In this document: positions 12,840-24,441 of the stretch, in pieces
Layout: every line of letters starts with the position of its first letter
Numbering within the stretch: the stretch's first letter is position 1
Source: Oikopleura dioica
Lineage: Eukaryota > Animalia > Chordata
Reading direction: 5' to 3'
Assembly: GCA_907165135.1 (NCBI GenBank)
Contig: OU015567.1
Location: forward strand, 8,308,001-8,372,000
DNA: 64,000 nucleotides
Notes under the pieces: generated by a model
What the model saw: only the letters and a program-made list of their open reading frames with translations
What the model was told of the DNA's origin: nothing
The model's database searches: none
Position numbers and translations under genes: made by a program

Positions 12840-13700
12840 AGAGAGAGAGACCAGGAGGCTGGTTTACGCTCTGGCCGGATTGCCAGTGAATGGGATTGAA
12901 TGGGACGGGCGAGGGGCGCTGATTGGCCGAGCCCGCCCCCTAGTACGCTCATTCGCCGCGGAGAGCTAATCAGTCGAATTACTGGCCCCGAAGTGAGGGG
13001 GTCCGAACAACGGACCGAACCAAACGCACTGCAGCGCCCTACTCGGCGGCGAAGCAGCTAATCCCCGCCCGGCGCAACGCCAAGGGGGTCCGCAGCCAAT
13101 CGCCAATACTGACGACCCCCGGTTTTAGGAGAGTAGAGACCCCAGCCGCCTGTTACCGAATTTTCGCGACATCTAGTGATGCACAATCAACCACTTGAAG
13201 GCGCCAAAGTTATTTTTTGAAAATCTCCAAAAATGCCATGAATCCTTCAAAATCAAAGAAATTTTAATGCAAATAATTATTAAATTTTTTTATAAAATAT
13301 TTTATCTAAAACTCTTATTTTCCTATAATCTCATCTTTTTTTTTGAGGAAATTTCTTCGAAAAGTCTTTTTTTTTAATTTTTTCTTTATAATTTTAATTG
13401 TCTTCTTTCTTTTTCTTGGAATAGAAGGTCCAATCTGTTACTTTTGATTTAAAAATGGGAAATAGCCCGAGGCGAGTGTCCATGGCTCTAAATTTTCGTC
13501 TCGAAAACCGGCTCGCTCAAGTGGCAGCCCTTAGTCTGACAGTGAAAGAGAGATTAAGGGGTCCGCAGCGCTCGTACGCGGATACACACGAGTCCGGACT
13601 CCGGCCGAGTCATTAAGGGTGTCCCCGCGTTCGTAGCGTTAGAAAGTCTTTGTTCCCACGAGTTAGGGAGTGCACGTGATTGCTTTGCGCTTACGTCTTT
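12840..13700. promoter_or_regulatory. GC-rich divergent promoter region between CIC (minus) and GFAT (plus)
   Basis: Locally GC-rich. CCAAT boxes in both orientations (gattgg at about 12921; ccaat at about 13096 and 13103), a GC box (cccgcccc) at about 12933, and repeated GGGGTC motifs. Lies between two head-to-head start codons (12710 and 13943). Confidence 0.5.
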
Positions 13701-13942
13701 TTTTGTCCGAAGCGGATCTGAATAAATAGTCGCCCAGATTCCTCGGAATAGTTAAATTTGACATTTTTTCAGAAATCAAAAAGGCGCACCGAAACCAATC
13801 AAAGCCCAAATAGAAAAATACTCCACTCAACTCAACTCCAATTCATAAGCTCAAAAAAATTGATCCACGCGCCTGAGGCAAGAGCAGAAGAAGATAAAAA
13901 AAGGGAGGAAAAAGGGAAGATCATTGAATCGAAGGGGCAATT

Positions 13943-16900
13943 ATGTGTGGCATATTTGCGTATGTAAATCATCAGGAAATGTGTTTTCGATTTATATCTT
14001 ATTGATTAAACACATCAACTCAATAATGATTAATTTTTCTAATAAAAAAATCATTCAAAAAACTCATCAAAAGACTCCAAAAACACTCGATGAAATACTC
14101 AAAACTCTTCTGAACGGACTCGGACGACTGGAACTCAGGAATCGACTCAGATAGATAACCTTACTTCTGAACTCTGTTTTCATCGTTATTTTTACTTTTT
14201 CTTTTGCGCATTTCCTGCTGCCCGGAAATGCGACGAGCATAATTGCGCCGGAACGAAGTTGTTTAGAAAGTATGCTTGGGGTTTGTTTAAAACTTAAACA
14301 CTGTTTGAGTTCTTTCGCTCGCTAGAATTTTTTTGCGTTAGTAATTTTGGACTACAGTGGTAATTTTGAATACCTGGGACTTAGGGCTTTGAAAAGGCGA
14401 GGCTAATCTCTCCGACAAAAGGGGAATTTTAGAAATCAGTCGACAATAGAGGATGCGACTCAGCTGGGGTGGCCTTCGATCTGTACGATGATGATGGAGA
14501 CTGCGCCATTGCCACCGCGAAATGCCCCGGAAAGGTAATCATTCTCGTAATTATCGAATGATTGATGACGGGATCAATGATCCTTGTTATTTTTTTTTCT
14601 CGAAAATCAAGGAATGGAAATTTTTCGTGACACTTTTTTACCCATTGATTCGCTCAAAATTTGCTCGAAACCTTAATTTTGGGGTTGGGTTAGGGTCAAA
14701 ATCGAAGAAGAAAGAAAGCTGGGGTTACTGAAAATCATCCCATCCAAGTAAATTTCTTTATGAAAAAAGAAAAAAGGAAGAGTTAGAATTGATAAAATAA
14801 AGCCCTGTTTCCTCAAAATATCAATTTAGACCGCGAATTTAATTGAAACGAGCATTGTTTTTATGAACATAAGATTGAATTTGTGCGCAAGCCCTTGAGG
14901 AAATGGCGAATAATATCCCCCGGCTGCGACAAGCGTGATTGATGCATCCCATAAATAATAGTACATCGCGCCAAATAAAGCGCCAAAACCAGCGTAAAAC
15001 ATGCGCTACTCGTGCTCTCAAATAAACAAAAAAACGCGCGTAGTAAGAAAAAGAATGACGCTGATTTCTTTTTATAGATGCTTATTCTTAAATCATCGGG
15101 AAAGGTAATTAAACACTCGCTTTTGCATGTTGCATGAACTTTGACTCATTTATCAAAAAAATACAAACTAACCCGCTAGCGCCATCTGTACTTATCATTC
15201 ATTCAAATAGACGCTTTAAATATAATACTGTTAGCTAACCTCATTAGCATATATTTCTACCGAGATGCTCAAGTGTTCTTATTTCCAGGTGGAGGAGCTC
15301 AAGAGCCAGCTGAAAAATATTGAAGTCGACTTCGAGGATGAGTATTCTCAGGAACGGCTTTCTCATCGAAAATAGAATCCGGAATAGCTGCTTCGAAGCT
15401 TCTTAAAATGGCTAATTTGCGAAAGTTAGGTGATCCGAATCATCAATTGAAAAAATTATTCTTCGAATCATCTGCGAAAGTTTCTAGCAGAGAAAGCCCT
15501 CGAAAAGCACATCGGGATTGCCCACACTCGCTGGGCCACGCACGGGCCAGTTTCGACGGTAAATTCCCATCCGCACACCTCCGGTGCCAATAATGAGTTT
15601 GTGGTCATCCACAATGGCGTCATTTCCAACTGCGAGACCTTGAGGAAATATCTCGTCTCAAAAGGTTAGCCTTTCTTTGAAGCTTGCTTTTGCTGAGAGT
15701 CATTTAAAATTAAGGGTATACCTTCGAGTCCGATACTGATACAGAATGCATTCCTCTCCTACTGCATTACATTTGGAAACAAAGCGAGGAGAAAGAAGAG
15801 CAAACTCTTGTGAATCTTGTGGAAAAAGTCATGACTCAGTTGGAAGGAACCTTTGCCATCGTTGTCAAGTCAGCTGTATTCCCCAATCAGCTAGTCGCTG
15901 CTAGAAGAGGAAGCCCCCTTCTTCTCGGAGTAAAGTCTTCTTCTTCCGCCACCCTCGATCACATTCCAGTTTATAATCAACAAATGAAGAGTGGCAACCG
16001 TGGCCATCTTCTCAAAACGGGACAGCTTGCTGCTGGCAGGAAAGGTTTTTTCAGTTTATTTGGTAAAATATTGTCGAAAACAGACGAAACATTGGCAAAA
16101 ATTATTTGAAGACGGACAGTTTTTTGTTCATAGAATAAGCTGTTGATGGATCGTACTGGATAAAATAGTAGTTGAACTCTCGATGTGGCTGTATTTGGGT
16201 AAATGATCAGCCTTAGCATTTTTCTACTTGAATTCTTTTTGAACCCTTTCCTTACGCAGGAGAAACATGAGGGTAATTCCAGCTACAGCAATCACTATAA
16301 ACGTTTCGTGATAGGATAATAGTTGTAGAATTACCTGTCGTTAGCAACAGAAGTATTCCTCGTATAATTTTACTCATCTTTTGTCATTCAATTCTGTCAA
16401 AATAATAGTCTTTCTCGTTAATCTAGAACTCACGTAAGATTTTCCTCCAAGAACTATCCTAGGAAAACGATTCAAAACCTCCTTTAAAGCCGCAGCTATA
16501 AAAAGCAATGGAAAGAAGAATGTCCTCCAACAACTATTTCAAACGAGAACGCACCATTTCCGGATCTTCTTGTCATTCCGTCGATTCCAACGCCTCCGTA
16601 GACGGTGGAAAAGTACAGCTCATGTCAGCAAAACTCAAGTCTTCTGAAATTCAAGAAGAGAGTTCCGCGGAACTTTCATCTGCGGATGATTTGATGCATA
16701 ATATTGAATATTTTGTGTCCAACGATGCCCAGCCCATTTTGAGTCACACAAACAGGTTTTTGTATTTTTGATTGTATCAAATTCTCAAATTGGTTGTATT
16801 CAGAATCATCTTCCTTGAAGATGGCGATTTGGCTTCAATTGTAGATGGTAGTTTGATGCTTCAGCGAGTTGGCGAAGATGAACGGCGAGAATTTGCCGAT

Positions 16901-18328
16901 TTTAGCGAAGTAGAGAGCGAAATACAGCAACTGATGAAGGGAGATTACCCGACTTTTATGATCAAGGAAATCAAGGAACAGCCAGAAACGATCGTCAATG
17001 TCTCAAGAGGAAGGGTGAATTACGAAGAGTCGAGTGTGGCTCTTGGAGGACTGAGCAAACATATTGGAGAAATTAAAAGATCCAGGTGAGTCTTCCTTGA
17101 TTTCATTAAACTCATCAGCGCCAAGGCGAATCGTGATTCTTGGATGTGGAACATCTAATCATGCTGCCATTGCTGCCAGACAGCTGATCGAGGAAATGTC
17201 TGATTTACCAGTGACAGTCGATGTCGCTTCGGACTTCGTGGACCGCTCGGGAGCCATTTACAGAGACGATGTTGTCATTTTCGTTTCTCAAAGTGGAGAA
17301 ACTGCTGACACTCTTTCTGCGCTCAATTATGCTAAAAAAGAGAGGATGCCTTCTTGTTGGTGTGACGAATACTGTCGGATCCACCATCTCCAGGTCAGAA
17401 ACAGAGGTGAATACAGAGCTTTAACAGTCATTCAGGGAGACAGATTGTGGAATTCACTGCAACGCTGGACAAGAAATTGGCGTCGCCTCGACAAAAACAT
17501 TTTCCGCCCAGTTCACAGTTCTGGTTCTTTTCGCTCTTCTTCTCAGTGAAGGGAGATTTTCAAAGCGAAAGCGATACACGGAAATTCTGCAGAACTTGAA
17601 AAAGCTCCCAGGTTCAAACAACAAGTCTCTTTTTTTCTGACTGTATTCAGCTCAAATACAGGAGACACTTGCTCTTGAAGAACAATGCAAAGAAATCGCA
17701 AAGCTTTGGAAGGATAAAACATCCGTTTTGATGATGGCTAGGGGCTACAACTTTGCGAATGTGCTTGAAGGAGCTTTGGTAATCCTTACAGTAATTAAAT
17801 TTGATTAATCTTTTTCAGAAATTGAAAGAAGTCGCAAATCTGTTCGCAGAAGGAATTTTGACCGGAGAACTAAAGCACGGACCGTTGGCTCTCGTCGAAC
17901 ACGATCTTCCAATGCTGATGATCGTCTGCGACGACAACACTTTTTGACAAGTGTATGAATGCTGTTCAGCAAGTCACAGCCAGAGGGGTAAGTCTTCGTC
18001 AAAATCTGTAGGAAAATAATTCGTGATAAAGGGAAAACCGGTTATCATCTGCGATCGACATCTAAAACCTAAGCTTGAGAAGTTCTCTGATCATCTTTTG
18101 CTCCTTCCGGAAACGACTGATTGCTTGAAAGGTTTTGAAAATTATATCTTCAACTACCAATCGTGTTTATTTCAGGTCTTTTGAGCGTGGTACCACTGCA
18201 ACTTCTCGCTTACCATGTAGCCACTCTTCGGGGACATAATGTAAGATTTACTTTTGAAGCTTTTGTTGATGAAAAATTTAAAGGTTGACTTTCCCAGAGC
18301 CTTGGCAAAATCGCTCGCTGTCGAATAA
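13943..18328 (+). CDS. GFAT: Glutamine:fructose-6-phosphate amidotransferase (GFAT/GFPT), multi-exon
   Basis: Motifs in order: [10 protein letters not shown] (N-terminal nucleophile Cys), [102 protein letters not shown], and C-terminal [14 protein letters not shown]. Confidence 0.95.
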
Positions 18329-18774
18329 GAAGAAAAAAAATGAGCTGCAATAAATTTTCAATCGGAGAGCGCATCGTACGACAACAACAATCAAACAAAA
18401 TCTGTGCAAAACTTCAGTTCATAAGTGCTTAAATAAAATCAGTTGCTCGACGAAGATCCTTTGCTTTCTCGAATTTTGAAGATTTCAATAAAAGATTTGA
18501 AACATTAGTTTTTGCTAGCGGTTGTTTCGTCACACCATTCTTGAGATGAACGATGTTTACTTACCCATAGCAGTGGCTTAATCGCTAGCAAAATTTTTGA
18601 GTTGTTATAAATCTTTAACCAAAGAGACTCTTCGGAAGAGTGGCATAAGCAAACAAATAAAATCTCCACAACTCTTCAGCTCACAAGTGCTTTGGGTTAA
18701 CGCGAAATGCGCGAGCTGAGGCGTCGACTTCCATATAGATGTACGAACAGTTTTCGGGTGTCGTAATATTTCGG

Positions 18775-18857
18775 ACATATTGGAGAAATCAAAGGATCCA
18801 GGTGAGTCTTCCTTGATCTCACAAAAACTCATAAGCGCCAAATTGAATCGTGATTCT
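18775..18857 (+). repeat. Local duplicate of a GFAT exon-intron-exon fragment (source 17059-17140)
   Basis: acatattggagaaatcaaaggatccaggtgagtcttccttgatctcac...gaatcgtgattc closely matches 17059-17140, including the GTGAGT donor. Confidence 0.85.
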
Positions 18858-19182
18858 TTTCTCGCAAACTCAGGGTTAGGGCCTCCTCTGTAGGACACGG
18901 TAGCCTGGCTACCAAGAACGGTGTGAACTTTGCCATATGATGTAGGTGATTGTAGAGTCTACATTGTAGATAGATCTGTCAAACAAATCTATTGATCAAA
19001 AGTTTTGATTTTCATACCAGCAAAGTTTTCAGCAGCAAAATTTTCAATGAACAACAGAGAACTTATTCTTATTTGGCGAAGTTCAAAATGAAAAACAGTA
19101 TCCACTTTGCTCTTCAAATAATTTTCCTGGAAAAGATTTGAAATTAACTTGAGCGTAACTTCATCATAAATACACAACAATA

Positions 19183-20724
19183 TTGAAACCTTTGAAAAAG
19201 ATAACCGCTGGAATTTGCTTTCTATTAACATTTGGAAATGTCATCGTATTTAATTTTTCATCCTCAAATTCTAAATACCCACCAATTGAAAAAGTAACTC
19301 GAAAGAACATTTATATTTCTGCGTCTTTTCGATCTGGTTCCTCTTTTCTTGGGTCTATATTTGACCAAAATCCTGATTTTCTTTATGAATGGCTTTTCAT
19401 CTCATTACTTGCAATAAGTTGCAAATGACTAAAAAAACTTTTTAACTGTTTCATGAAAATCGATAGATAAAGCCAAAGTACTTTGAGCCCCTTACAGGAA
19501 GTCTCACTGAAAGACTAGAAATTTTAGAAGAAGCATTCAGTTGTAAACTCCCTAAGAATCGCAGAGATAATCCTCAAGATCGTCATCAACTGTCTCATAC
19601 AATCGGGCATTGGTATGGATCAGCGTGGGTCAGCAAGTCATCTTCAGTTAGGTTAGGGTTTGATCAGAAGTTATTGTTCAATAAGACTGCTGACCCCTAT
19701 GAATCAGTGACACTTTGTAGCCCGCCATTTTGTCCGCAATCAAAAATGTGGTGCAAGAAATGTAAGGATCCTTTCAAAACTCCAGAAGGAGAAGAAAAAC
19801 TGATCGAATTTTGCAAAGAGAAAAAGGGCGTTGCAATCAAAGAATTTCGTCTCGATGGCCCAGAAGATCTCTACCACTTGCTAGAGCCAGAGATGAACTT
19901 GAAAATCATTCGTCTGGTTAGAGACCCGAGAAGCATGTTTTTATCACGAAGAAAATTGGGCAAAGAATACCACAATGGGCAGACGGTTGAAAAGATTACA
20001 GTAAATACCGCTGGTCTGGGACGGTCCTAATTCACGAAAGCGTCCCAAAACAGCAGGATTTTCGCATTCGACTCTCGGGCGCCACTTTCGCTTTCGGGGT
20101 AAAGCGGTCAGTTTAAAAACACCCGCCGTAGGCGATTGCCTTTGATCCTTATTTCGCCCGACCGTCCCAAACTAGCAGGATTTTTGAGCGTCCCAAACCA
20201 GCGGTATTTACTGTACTGATGATTGCGAAAAAACATTGAGTTTCTTTGTTGATTCCGAGATTGAAAAGCAGCTCATATTTATTCGTTACGAAGATATATC
20301 CAGATTTCCGACTGAATTGACAATTGATATTTATGAAAGGCTTCAAATCGAGATGAAAGATGATTTCCTTGAGAAGTTTTATCAAGCTACTCATTCAGGA
20401 AAGGACCAAGAGTATCTGAACTTGAATTTTAGACCGTAATTAATTATGGGTATTTGAGCTTCAATGTTGGATTCTTTACAAGAGAAGAGAAGTTCTTTTA
20501 GTATCAATAAAGGCAAAACTGATGATGAACTTTTTGACGAATGGAAAAAGGGGCTAGAAGATGGAAAATTCAGTACTTCAGAGATTCAAACAATCGAAAA
20601 AAGATGCAAAGCCATGATGAAATTATTTGGATACAGAACAAATGTGTTGATGAAGCCGAACGTCACGTCGGTAGAAAAGAATTGGCGTCCGATTGATCCA
20701 AAGATTCTAGCTCCACCAATTTAG
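19183..20724 (+). CDS. Golgi carbohydrate sulfotransferase (CHST, GlcNAc/Gal-6-O type), type II membrane protein; one exon interrupted by a MITE; true start not resolved
   Basis: N-terminal TM segment ITAGICFLLTFGNVIVF; 5'-PSB motif SASFRSGSSFLGSIFDQNP; 3'-PB motif LKIIRLVRDPRSMFLSR; IRYED; C-terminal CKAMMKLFGY. Confidence 0.85.
19999..20213. mobile_element. Tc1/mariner-type MITE (215 bp) inserted in the sulfotransferase exon
   Basis: TIRs cagtaaataccgctggtctgggacg / cgtcccaaaccagcggtatttactg (25 bp, 1 mismatch). TA duplicated at 19997-19998 and 20214-20215. Confidence 0.92.
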
Positions 20725-20784
20725 TTAATTATTTCTTTATTTTCGAAGTATTTTTTTGTTAATAAAATTGTCAGAAGTTGTGAT

Positions 20785-21213
20785 CAGGGTTCGGTATTTT
20801 GAATTCGCGAAATTATTCGTTTTTCATTTGAATTTCTATTTATTCGTTTACGAATATTCTCTATTGAGCGAATATGCAAAACGAATAAAAACGAATTTTC
20901 TCGGAGAATTTTTCAGAAATTCAGCGAATTTCTCAAATATTCGCTCTGCCGCGTGCTCTGATTGGTCGGGCTTTCACGTTGCGCAGCCTATGATTTTATC
21001 TTCACCGCCTAAATAACCTAATAGCTCACGGGCGCCACCCTTTTCTCACCCGCGGCCCTGGAGTTTAGCCAATCCAGGGCCTGGACGCTCAATTTAGAGC
21101 GAATATTCGCGCGAATATGCAATTCGCTAACATTCGCTCATTCGCTTAGAAAAAGAGCATATTCGTCAAGTGTAATGGCGAATTTCTCGACGAATTCAAA
21201 ATACCGAACCCTG
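20785..21213. mobile_element. hAT-type MITE (429 bp)
   Basis: Perfect 23-bp TIR cagggttcggtattttgaattcg. 8-bp TSD gttgtgat at 20777-20784 and 21214-21221. Many subterminal GCGAAT/ATTCGC motifs. Confidence 0.93.
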
Positions 21214-22609
21214 GTTGTGATATCACTTTGATGTTTCTAAGCAAATAAGCAACACTTTACGGATATCGTAATATTGATCATTCGAGGAGCTAAAACTATC
21301 AGCAAAGAGAGGCGTCGCTATTTTGCAAATATTCGCCTGAGCATAATCCGCGAATTTTCGCGAAATTCACACATCACTGAGCGCGTGATAAGGAATGCAG
21401 CCTGATAACAGCGGAATTCCCTCTCCAAAATTTTTGATTCCGCTTCAAAATTACAAATCTCGCTCATTTCTTGACAAATTAAGGGAGCGTCTCATCAGCA
21501 ATCAGGTTTCTCCGCCATAATTTGTTTTATTTGGCGCCAAATAAAGCCTTTATTGAATACTCAATGTTCGTTAATGATTTCACAACATGCTTGGTGACAT
21601 CTTACATGGTGCAAATTTGAACATGCCGAGCACAGCAGACCTTTCTGTTAGATTCAATTGCTTCAATAATATTGAAAACAATTGTTTCATTAGAAGAACA
21701 TGATTCCATTAGGAATGTCCTCGACTCAAAAAGGCGAGTTCTCCAGTTCTGATTTTTGACTCAGAAAGGGAGAAATTTGAGAGAAAAAGAAGCATTTTCA
21801 GACAGCGAAAAACAGAAACGAGGGTCTCAAAGCAAGGGTCGGTAAAAAGAGGATGAGAGGAGCATCTAAACAATGCGTCGCCCCTGACAGGCGGTTAGTA
21901 GATGAACACAAGCACGGAGACGTACGGTAGAACCAACAACGCCAACAAAAAACCAGCAGATGTCATCGATAATTCCAGCTCCGTCACTCAAGTCCGTTCA
22001 AGAAGCTATTTCAAAATCGCCTCCAAGATACGAAGAAAGGATGCTTTTTACGATTCTAGATGGCTCGTTACAGTTGTTTATTTCGTAAAACAGTAGTGAT
22101 CTGAAGCCTCCCCGCTGGCCACGTGCCGACTTTAGCATAAATCTGGTGATTTTCTAGAACAAGCGACAAAGTTTTTGGGTTTACGCGCTTCGGCCACTCA
22201 CTTGAGAGCATGAACCAGGCAACGGGTGACAATTTTTTCGTGAATTTTTTTATCTCAATTTTGACACTTTAATCACTTTTTCGCGCGAATTTCAACACTT
22301 CCAGCACAGCCGACAAGGTGAGCAAGGATACTTACGAAGTATTCTTAATTTTAAGCCGCTTGAGCTTTTGAAAAAATACAATTTAGGGGGAAAACATGGC
22401 AAAACCGATTTTCTTGTTATCCCCTCCCTTGCAGTTAACATAGTAAGCCCCTTATTCATGCATATAGGCGAATAATTAAGAACTTCAAAAGAAGAAAATC
22501 ATTTTTTTACGACGTCAAACTACTAAAAGTTCGTAAAAATAAACAAAATATCTAGAATAGTACTCGTAATAGTAAGTTTTTCACTAGTAGTTTACTCTTC
22601 GAGACTACA

Positions 22610-22998
22610 GAATTGAATCAACAGACGATCGAAATTGTCTTCTGTCGACCCGAAAAAGGAACGACAAATCAGAGTAACCGGCTGCGGCGATGGCCCGTCA
22701 ACCTTCGCAGCGCCACAAGAAGTCAAATTCACCGTCAGCAGCGCACTGTCAAAAGCCCAAATCGTAAGTCAACCACGAGTTTCACGTGTTCATTGTCCAA
22801 GTTGACCTCAATCGCATCATTCCTAATTACCACCGCCGTAGCCACTTCTTTCCGCATAATGTTTTCGCTCCTGCTCCTTGTCCGACGAACTCAGCCAATT
22901 ACGAATTCGACGCGAAAAGGAGATCAGTCGAGACGAAATTCATTTCCCATGCTCGAATTATGACATCAGAGTACTTTTTCGAGCGATCAACTTTGTGA
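22610..22998 (+). CDS. Possible small spliced hypothetical gene
   Basis: Open frame KKERQIRVTGCGDGPSTFAAPQEVKFTVSSALSKAQI ends at a GTAAGT donor and is followed by open frame VDLNRIIPNYHRRSHFFPHNVF...FFERSTL*. No family recognised. Confidence 0.3.
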
Positions 22999-24441
22999 CT
23001 GTAATTCTAGCGAAACAAAGTTCAACTCAAATTTTCTAAAAAAAATTTTATTGTCGCGAGGTGGCGCTTTTCAAATTGACATTAGCCAATCAGAAAGGAA
23101 AATGTCCCATCATTAATTTTTCGTTCAAATTTTTTGAAAACTTTTTGGTTAATTATTTGCTTGATTTTTATCTATCCAATTTATAATTGCGAAAAAAATT
23201 AATGAAAAAATGAAAGCAAAGGAAAAAGTTTTGATTGGATCAGCTTTCGATTATGAGAATAGAAGGGTTGCGGAGGGTTTAACCCTCTTTTGTTATCTGC
23301 TGCCCTTCTAAAAACGCTCTCGAACGGCTATCAATCGAGTGGATGATGCTCGTCGCCCGGTGCCGGTTAATCACTCCGCTTGGAACTCGCCAACCGGTGT
23401 AACAGCTCATCAAGGCGCTGATAAGACAAGGGCCGCCAGCATCAGATGATGCTCCACAAAGCAGTTCCAAACCACTTTAAACTTGATTTTTCTATGACGA
23501 CATCGCTTGAACTCAAAAACAGGCATTTACCAGTGCAAGTTTTCTTCAAAAATTAGCGACTTTTGAATCATAAAATGCGGAAATCTGTTTCTAGGTCAAT
23601 TCGTAATTGAGTTTCTATGTCGCAATTTCCTTGCCCGGCAATTTCGAAAAGACTGTAATCACGATTTCTACGATTTTAGATGCGCCTCTTACGCGCGTTC
23701 AAAGGAAGACTTCCGCTGGATTTCCGTATTTGGACAAGCCCCCCGACATCGTCCATAACTTGTGACTTGCTTCGCGGAAAACGGGCTTTTCTCAAAGACT
23801 TTTGTTTTTCTTAAAAGTCTCTCTCAAAGCACTAACCCTTTAGAAATTCATTGAAAGAAAATTCTAGCTCAAAACACGTTTTTATCAGTTTTCCTATGCT
23901 AAAAAGTGGGTTACTTATCTTTTTTCCCACTTGTTCCCTCCCACGTTACAGTTAGACGAACAGTTAAAATTTAACCAAAGTGCCCACTTTTCCGTCTGCT
24001 CCGTTATCTACCACGAAAGCGCAATCGTCCAATCAATCGTAATTATCCGTTTATTATTCGATTTCTATTCTTGAATTGATTCGCCACACATTTCTATATT
24101 TTCCCCCATACTAACAATTTTAATCGCTACAGTAGAATCAAATCGAGTTAGTGACTTGCTTTTATTAGCAACTAGAATGTCTAATACTATTATAGTCGAA
24201 AAAAGATTCTGTTATTTATTTTGAAAAAAAACTGACTCTTTCATTCAAAAATAGACTTTGTGATACCCTTATTTTATGTTGCATAAGTGTAGTCACCAAA
24301 ATAAGGGTGTCACTATGCTAATTTTGGGTAGACTACGCCCTTAAAACTTTTAAGTTTAAAGTCAAGTTACGGACTAATTACGGAAATTACGGTCAATATA
24401 CGGTCACTTTATCGCTGTAACATGTGCGTTTTCAGAAATCT

